Under the pieces are notes generated by a model, which was not told the origin of the DNA, ran no database searches, and worked only from the letters and a program-made list of their open reading frames with translations. From Dictyostelium discoideum (lineage: Eukaryota), in assembly GCA_000004695.1 (NCBI GenBank), contig CM000152.2:3552001-3616000 (forward strand): a stretch of DNA of 64,000 nucleotides. Reading direction: 5' to 3'. Below are positions 56,637 through 64,000 of the stretch, piece after piece; within the stretch, counting starts at the first letter, position 1, and every line of letters begins with the position of its first letter. The position numbers and the translations under genes were made by a program.

Positions 56637-58760
56637 TACGTCAATGTTGTACTTGGTCCCTGGACGAACTCCTGTAGTATTTTTATTATTTGATTTTACA
56701 TTAACTTTGAATTCTTTGTCACTTGTCAATAAATTCTTACCAGAAACTGTGATATGACCTCCACAAGTAAGTGTTTTATTATCTTTATTTGTTATATGAT
56801 AAATGACAGGAGGTAATGTTAAATAAAAGAATGAATCCATATAATTACCATCTACAGTAATATTAATTGGGCCATTTTTATATGAATCCAATATTTTAAT
56901 AGTTAATTGATGATCTTTTAATTCTAGAATTTCTGATGAAATATCACTACCATTTAAATAAACTTTAATTAATGATGTTGAATTACCAAAATTATTACCA
57001 TGTAATTCAATATTAGTTCCATCATCTGAAATTGTACGATTCTCAACTTCAGGTGGTGCATATGAGAATTGATCACTGACTGTCTCTGAGTTTAATTTGA
57101 ATATAAATTGTTTATTAATACCAGTGCCATATGGTGTTGGACATGTTGTTTTATAGTAACTAGAATTTGATGATGGTATTGAACATAGTGAGGCTGATGA
57201 TGAATCACCAACAGTAATACTTGGTGCTGGTGAACTAATTGTACAATCCATATAAAATATTTCAATATTTAATATTCCATTTGATACTGTTGGTCTATTG
57301 GTTACATTTACTGATAATGATGCAGAAATTGAAAGTGTGTTTGCGGTAATATTAGAACGAGTGAAATTACTATTAAATGATCTACATCTTAAATGAGGTA
57401 ATTCAAATGTTAAACTCTTTTCATCAGATGATACATTAAATTTGCTAATGTTTGTATTATTAATTCCATCACCTATAATTGAATGGATGATTCGTTATTT
57501 GTACCAAGATTTGTACCAATTAATGTAACGATACCATTTGAATATGACCCACTTGATAATGTTGGAATATTATATGTAAATAATACACCATTAGGACTTG
57601 TTGAATCACAACCACCGAAATTAACTTTAACCGGTAAGTTTTTACCACCCAGTTCATTTTTTTCTTATTTACATTCCAATTCAGTTGGTGTTGATATAAT
57701 AAATGTACATTGTTTATCACCAATTATAATTGATGGTGTCAAAGATGAATTTAAAGTCGAAGATAGTTTTTCACCTTTAATTGTTACAATACCATCTAAA
57801 CGATTTGATAATGATGATATTGATGTTATAATTGCTGGGAAACAATGATTATAATTCTTTTCAATTGAGACACCATTTACGGTAATACTAACAGACATTG
57901 GGCCAGGCGCAACTCTATTAATGTTACTCACTTGAATTTGTGTATGATTTACTGAAATAATAAAATTTAGTTGAGTAATACCATCAAAATAAACCGTAAC
58001 CAACTTTTTATTTGTAAAGAAGTTATCACCATTAATTGTTATTATTTGTTTCAATGAGTCAAAAACGGTACTTGATATTTTAGGTGATACGTATGAAAAT
58101 GGTACTTTAAATACACCAGTTTCATCATAGTACAACCTAAAAGTTCCAGATCCTGGTGGAAATATTACAGTAATATTATTTAGAGTAGATCCATCAGAGA
58201 AATTACCTTTAACAACCAAAGGTTTAGAAGTATCAATGGAATTTAGAAGGAAATTAGGACCACCAAATAATCTTAAATATGAGCCAGTAATGACCCTATC
58301 TTCACCAGATGTTTTGGTTTTTTACTATATTTCAAATTGGATGCTTTTGGATAATATATTAAAGGCGAAACATCAAATGTACAATCCTCAACAGTATTTG
58401 ATATATCTCTAGCACATATCTTACTGTCTATACTACCCCATAATCTTGAGAATGGTTCATCTTAATGGAATAAACAATGCTCTCTCCATCAACTAGGGTA
58501 CAATTGAAATAATTTGGTGCCATTTCAGTTCTGGGTTCTTTTTCGTTTTTATACAAAATTAAACGGGTAGAATATGGGAGATTACTATTAAAAATAAATG
58601 TAAATGATTTATCATCATATATTACATCTAATAAAAAAAATTAATTACATAAACAAATTATTATAAATAATTAAAAATTTAATGATAATACCTATTGGTG
58701 ATGGACGATACATTGAATATCCTGATTTAAAGAACAAAAATAAAATCAGTAATATTATTT
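56634..58760 (-). pseudogene. Third Tgr-like IPT/TIG gene copy, degenerate: several frameshifts/stops and the C-terminal ~200 codons deleted
   Basis: A signal exon ([26 protein letters not shown], ~58755..58680), a 68-bp intron, then a body homologous to copies 1 and 2. The body is broken into ORF pieces 57665..58219 and 56634..57251, with stops or frameshifts near 58330, 58470, 57640 and 57480. It ends ...[24 protein letters not shown], where copies 1 and 2 continue for ~200 more aa. Confidence 0.7.
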
Positions 58761-58926
58761 TCTGTTCCATTTTTATCAATAATTTTTTTTATTTTGAACT
58801 TGGCTTTGTCAATAATTTTTATAAAAGAAAATTAAAAAAGAGAAATTTAATTATTTTAGGAAATTTTAATTTTAATTAAATAAATAGATAAAAAAAGATA
58901 AAAAAAAATTAATAAATGTAGAAAAA

Positions 58927-58961
<35 letters not shown>

Positions 58962-59439
58962 ATAAATATATAAATTAAAAAAACAAAATAAAATAAAAAA
59001 ATAAATAATAATAATGAAAAAAAACCATAAAATTCTAAAAAGAGGCTATCTGGTGAATGAGTTTGAGTGTGGTGTTTCATTTATATGAAAAGGGAGTGGT
59101 TTTTTTTGTTGAATGGGGTATTTTTTTTTATGTTAAACCCCTTTTTCTAAAAATAAAAAATGTTTTTTTATGTAAATTTTTTATTAGGAAGTGTGAATTA
59201 TATAATGAAACAGTTGTCAATGTAAAAATGGATACGGTTGGAAGAAAATATTATTTAAATCCACTCGAGTTTCCTTACAAGAATCTGCTATGCGATTTAA
59301 ATATTTTATTTAAATTCACACCAGAAATCCCATAATTCTCAAATATACCCACTACAGGTGGAGAATTCGGGTTCACCTTCAACTTTCCTTGCAACTATAA
59401 GCGAACCGCCAAATCAATATATAAAACAATATATAAAGA

Positions 59440-60110
59440 AACATCTATTTTAAATCTCAGTTTCGATACAAGCAAAAATCAGTTCGTTACTTACTTGGAT
59501 CCAGGGTGTGGTCCTTTATATTTAATTAGTGATAATATCACCATTTTCAGTACAACAATTGAAAGTGGTGCCATACCCAATGTACCAATTCTCGATGATG
59601 ATAAAGGTATTTTAACTATTCAAGGTAGTAATCTCTACAACACGTCAATTAAAATTTATTTCAACTAACATTGTGAAAGACACCAACCCTATTGGTACAA
59701 TAGATGCTTCCCATTCTTCTGTCACATTCTCAGTTGAAGAATTTTTAACTCCAAATAATTGGACAATTGAAGTCTCAATATGTGGCTCATTTTATAAAAG
59801 CTATTCCTACCCATATGGATTACCGGTTCTCACTAAAATGGAAGGGGGTACTTAATGATAATGGTGGTAATATGGTATTTACTGGAAAGCATTTAAGACC
59901 AAAACCAATATTGACAAAAAGAAAACTGCAACATTGGAAGAACCTGGATTTTTTATTGAAAATAATAATACCATTTTTATATTCCTACCAAATAATACTC
60001 AACCTGGTTTTATGAACCTTGTTGTTGGTGACGGTGGTCGTGAAATATTTACATCTCCATGATATAATTATCGCTCCAACTATTACTGCTGGCCAAACCT
60101 TCAAATCAAG
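59440..60110 (+). pseudogene. Additional degenerate IPT/TIG (Tgr-like) gene fragment with frameshifts
   Basis: Frame-shifted pieces: ...CGPLYLISDNITIFSTTIESGAIPNVPILDDDKGILTIQGSNLYNTSIKIYFN*, KDTNPIGTIDASHSSVTFSVEEFLTPNNWTIEVSICGSFYKSYSYPYGLPVL, NDNGGNMVFTGKHLRPKPI, FLIENNNTIFIFLPNNTQPGFMNLVVGDGGREIFTSP. The G(S/T)NL / ITV-type strand motifs are similar to the intact copies, but no continuous frame exists. Confidence 0.35.
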
Positions 60111-60399
60111 TGGTAATAAATGGTTAAATAAATAATAAAAAAAAAAAAAAAAATATAATCCAGGTTTAATTAATTTTAAAACAAATTATTTATTCCATCC
60201 ATTTTTTTTATTATTTTATTAGTATAGATAAATAGAACACTCAAAAAATTAACAAAATGATATAAAAAATAAAAAGAAATGAAGGTGACCACTTTATTTT
60301 TAAATTTTTAAATTTTTTTTTTATTTTTTTTTTTTTATATATATTTAATTATATTTCTATAAATATATATATGAAAAATATAAATAAAATGATTTTATT

Positions 60400-61130
60400 T
60401 ATTTATTGAAGTATAAAAAAATATATGAGAATGTGTTTGGTGGTAATAGTGAGGGTTTTCTTTTTTTTTCTTTCAAAAATAAAACGACACTAGAGAATGA
60501 ATACAATTTTAGTATTTTTTGTTTTAAAAAATGAAAAGACACAGCACATTTGGTGTGTATTGGGTGTGTGTTTTTGTTATTGTTATGAAAAGACAAACAT
60601 AAAAATGCCATACAAATTTGTTTTTAGAAGTGGGTGTGGTGGTAAGTGGGTTTTTTATATGTATTTATATTCATATAATTTATTGATTATAAAAAAAATA
60701 TTCCAATGTGTTTAGTGGTAATAGTGGGAGTTTTCTTTTTTTTCTTTCAAAAATGAAACGACACAAGAGAGTGGGTTTAGTTGTGCAATTTTGTTTAAAA
60801 AATGAAAAGACAAAAAATAAAAATTACATACAAATTAGATGTATAGAAGTGGGTGTGGCGGTAAGTGTGAGTTTTTTATTTGTATTTATAATTTATTGAT
60901 ATAAAAAAAATATATGATTATTTGTTTGGTGGTAATAGTGAGGATTTTCTTTTTTTTTGTTACAAAAATGAAACGACACTAGAGAATGAATACAATTTTA
61001 GTATTTATTATTTTAAAAAATGAAAAGACACAACACATTTAGTGTTTGTGGAATGTGGGTTTTTTTATTATCTGTATTTTTTTTCTTTCAAAAAAGAAAC
61101 GACACTACACATTTGTTGTATGTATTTTAT
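60400..61130 (+). repeat. Tandem array of about three units of a ~250-bp repeat (satellite-like)
   Basis: Three successive units each contain ...gtgtttggtggtaatagtgag(g/a)(g/t)ttttc(t)nctttcaaaaatgaaacgacac(t/a)agagaatgaatacaattttagtattt...aaaaaatgaaaagacacaacacatttggtgtg...ggtgtgg(t/c)ggtaagtg.... Partial dispersed copies lie at 44980..45520(-), 48500..48660, 51290..51340 and 53080..53260. Confidence 0.7.
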
Positions 61131-61814
61131 TATCTAGATAATATTTATTTTATATTATAAATCTAAAGAAATGAACTCTAAATAAAAATTAATAGAGTAT
61201 ATGTGTTTGGGGTGAATAATATAATTGTTTTTTATTTTATTTGAATGGGTACTTGTGTTGTTTTTTATTTTTTTATTGATAAAAATAGATACTATGAGAT
61301 TAATTTTATTTATTTTTTTTTTTTAATTTTTTTTTTTTATTTTTTTTATATATTAATAAAATTATCTAACTATTTATTTATTATTTTTTATTTTGGACTA
61401 TAGATTTTTTTTTTTTTGGGAAAAATAAGAATTTAAAAAAAAGAAAAAAAGAAAACAAAATAAATTAATAAAATGAAAAAAATAAATAATAACTAAAACA
61501 GCTAAAACTAAATTAAATAATATATTATATAAATAATAATTATAAATAACAACCCAACTAAATCTAGTTAGATTTATTTTTGATTGTTTTTTTTTTTAGG
61601 GGTTTATTGCCATTCTTTAAAATTTCTATTTATTTTTTAAAAAATTAAAATAAAAAAAAAATATCTTGGGACGAGCAACACTGGTATTAGCATGGTAAAC
61701 CTAATGTATTTTCAAACTCTCATATTTTTGTTCTATAACAATGGAAACATAGAAATATTTTTATGTAGGTTCCATCCGAATTTTATTTACTTAATTTCTG
61801 TATTATTTATTTAT

Positions 61815-61875
<61 letters not shown>

Positions 61876-62123
61876 TAATGTAAATTTTATTTATTTTTTT
61901 TCTATTTTTTTATAATTATTTTAGTAATTGTTTATTTTAATAGTAATATTCAAATTTGATGAATAACAAAAAAAGACACATAATGTTTTACTCTTTAGAA
62001 AGGGAATTTTTATTTTTATTTTTTTTATTTTTATTTTTTTTTTATATTTAATTTTAAGGTTTTATAAATTCACAATGAGACCTAGTATTATTATATAAGA
62101 GTTAAATTAAATAAACTAATTTA

Positions 62124-62606
62124 TTATTGTCCTTGATTTGGTTGGTTTGGTTGGTTTGCTGCTGCTGCTGCTGCTGCATCATCCTCAGCGAATAACTGGG
62201 CGATGAGATTCATGTCAACTAAATCGTGAGTATTAACTGGTGTTAAAACTGCATAGTTAATATCAATATGGGGATATTGTTTTTGTGTATATAATATGGC
62301 CTCGTCAACTTCAGCTCTGATATCCCAACCTGCTTGATCAGATCTTGCGAAAAAAATAGCAGCGGTGTCACCCATTTTTGGGTACCATATTGGGTTTCTA
62401 TTGAGTCTTGCTTTAAATCTTTTTCTGGCATTTGTTATGTAATTAGGTGAGGCGTAATCATAATTGGCACCGTTATTGGTAGCAGCCAAGGCAAGTATAG
62501 TTTGTGGTATTTGATCTAAATCTCTAATTTTTATTGCTTTTGTGACAATTACTTTTGAACAATACTCACCATTGTCATTATATAAACTTGGGTTGATTGA
62601 CGACAT
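62124..62606 (-). CDS. Hypothetical 160-aa GC-richer protein, copy B (2 aa differences from copy A)
   Basis: Identical to 53551..54033 except V14E and V47I. The 5' flank (62607..62790) is identical to 54034..54240, until it is interrupted by the MITE-like insertion. Confidence 0.5.
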   Translation of the reverse strand: MSSINPSLYNDNGEYCSKVIVTKAIKIRDLDQIPQTILALAATNNGANYDYASPNYITNARKRFKARLNRNPIWYPKMGDTAAIFFARSDQAGWDIRAEVDEAILYTQKQYPHIDINYAVLTPVNTHDLVDMNLIAQLFAEDDAAAAAAANQPNQPNQGQ

Positions 62607-62790
62607 TCTTGAAAAAATAAAAAAATTAAAAAAAAAAATTTTTTTTGAAATGATTTTTATCTAAAATATCTCGAGATTTTATAAAAAAAATTAAACTTTT
62701 TTTGATTTTGCAGCGTCACCACTACTATGTAAAATATTTACAATGCATTTACAATGCAATTACATTGTGATTTGTCTTTAAGTAAATTAA

Positions 62791-63009
62791 TGTTGTAGGG
62801 AATTTTTTTTGAAATTTCGCTTTCTAAACGGCAGTGAATTTTTACACTAAAATACACTGTTTATACGTAGTGTAAAAATTCACTAAAATTTTTTTTTTTT
62901 TTTTATAAATTAAAAACAATTTATTTAATCAAAATAATAAAAAAACTAATTTTAAACAATTATTTGTTGTTTAAGAATTAAATAACAATTTAAATTGTTA
63001 GATTTGAGC

Positions 63010-63047
<38 letters not shown>

Positions 63048-63334
63048 TTTTTTTTTTATTTTTTATTTTTCTTTTTTTTTTATTTTTCATTTTTTTTTTA
63101 TTTTTTATTTTTTTTTTTTATTTTTTTTTTTTCATTTTTTTTTTTATGTAACGAAGACACAAAAATAAGTTAATATTAAATAAGTGAACAAAGACACTAA
63201 TTATAGTTGACCCGCATTTAAATAATAATAATAATAATAATAATTCTATTAACTCGAGTTTATAATTATAAATAATATAAATACTAAAAATAATTATATA
63301 AACAATAATGAATACCATAATTAAAATATAAACC

Positions 63335-63379
<45 letters not shown>

Positions 63380-63470
63380 ATTTTTTTCAATTTTTTTTTA
63401 TCGAACAATTTTATTTTATTCCCCAAAAATGAAAACAATCGATAAAAAAAAAAATTGAAAAAAATAATTG

Positions 63471-63502
<32 letters not shown>

Positions 63503-63734
63503 GCAAACTAAATTTTTTTGTTATAAAAAATAAATAACAAGCAAATAACTGAATAAAATTGGTTTTTTATTTTTCTGATTAAATAAATTGTTTTTTAATT
63601 TAATTATAAAAAAAAAAAAAATTTAGTGAATTTTTACACCATGCATAAACAGCGTATTTTAGTGTAAAAATTCACTGCCGTTTAGAAAGCGAAATTTCAA
63701 AAAAAATTCCCCACAACATTAACGTATCCCATAT
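62791..63734. mobile_element. Non-autonomous DNA-transposon-like element (MITE/foldback type, ~944 bp) with ~70-bp terminal inverted repeats and a TTAA target-site duplication
   Basis: The empty site is visible in the paralogous copy at 54230..54240 (gtaaaTTAAcgtatccc). The filled site here is gtaaaTTAA[TGTTGTAGGGAATTTTTTTTGAAATTTCGCTTTCTAAACGGCAGTGAATTTTTACACTAAAATAC ... gtattttagtgtaaaaattcactgccgtttagaaagcgaaatttcaaaaaaaattccccacaaca]TTAAcgtatccc. The internal ~760 bp are AT-rich with no ORF. Confidence 0.75.
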
Positions 63735-64000
63735 TAATTTTATCTATAATCAGAGAGATATAAAACTATATTTCCCTAATTATAGATCAAACAAATAAGA
63801 ATCAATAATCTAATTCACAAATTCAATTTTAAAAAAAGGATAAAAAAATCAGGCAATAATAATTATGGGATGTGTAAAACATTCACAACAATTATATTTA
63901 TTTATTCATCGTTATGTTGACATGAATTTTGAACATCTTTAATAAGAAGAAATTGTTTTATATAGTCTGACATTAACAAACTAAACGATTCGGTGCATTG

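Noticed and set aside
63118-63438. 106-aa minus-strand ORF inside the MITE-like element
   Set aside because: It is poly-K/poly-I low complexity from poly(A)/poly(T) runs. The element is non-coding.

Overview
The window is extremely AT-rich (about 75-80% A+T) nuclear DNA with long poly(A)/poly(T) runs, (AAT)n/(ATT)n tracts encoding poly-Asn/poly-Gln, and short AT-rich introns bounded by GTAAGT...AG. It looks like a social amoeba genome of the Dictyostelium discoideum type. The six-frame ORF track misses several features: micro-exons, TTG/GTG pseudo-starts and short genes. Gene models were rebuilt by hand on splice-site consensus and frame continuity.

The first ~41 kb is gene-dense:
- A 1646-aa low-complexity protein with a 16-nt first exon.
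- A PIAS-type SP-RING SUMO E3 ligase, whose zinc finger is split by an (AAT)n intron.
- Prefoldin subunit 5, with four exons.
- A 40-aa OST4 micro-gene.
- An aquaporin.
- A FNIP-repeat protein.
- tRNA-Lys(UUU) with a downstream external B box, next to a truncated P450 fragment.
- An F-box-like protein.
- Two ~8.5 kb-spaced copies of a convergent gene pair: an ARF-like small GTPase (+) and a large secreted IPT/TIG-repeat, probably GPI-anchored, Tgr-like surface protein (-).
- A third, degenerate copy of that cassette at 56.4-58.8 kb, in which an internal deletion has fused the 5' end of the ARF gene to the antisense of the Tgr-like gene.
- A family of three short C-terminal GATA zinc-finger genes.
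- A DnaJ/DnaJ-X protein.
- A MAPK-like predicted pseudokinase.

From ~41.7 kb onward the window is repeat-rich:
- Inverted copies of a GC-richer interspersed element.
- A ~250-bp repeat family, tandem at 60.4-61.1 kb.
- A ~0.94-kb MITE-like element with 70-bp terminal inverted repeats and a TTAA target duplication, inserted into one of two 99%-identical copies of a GC-rich 160-aa ORF of unknown function.

No CRISPR arrays, rRNA or prokaryotic operons are present.
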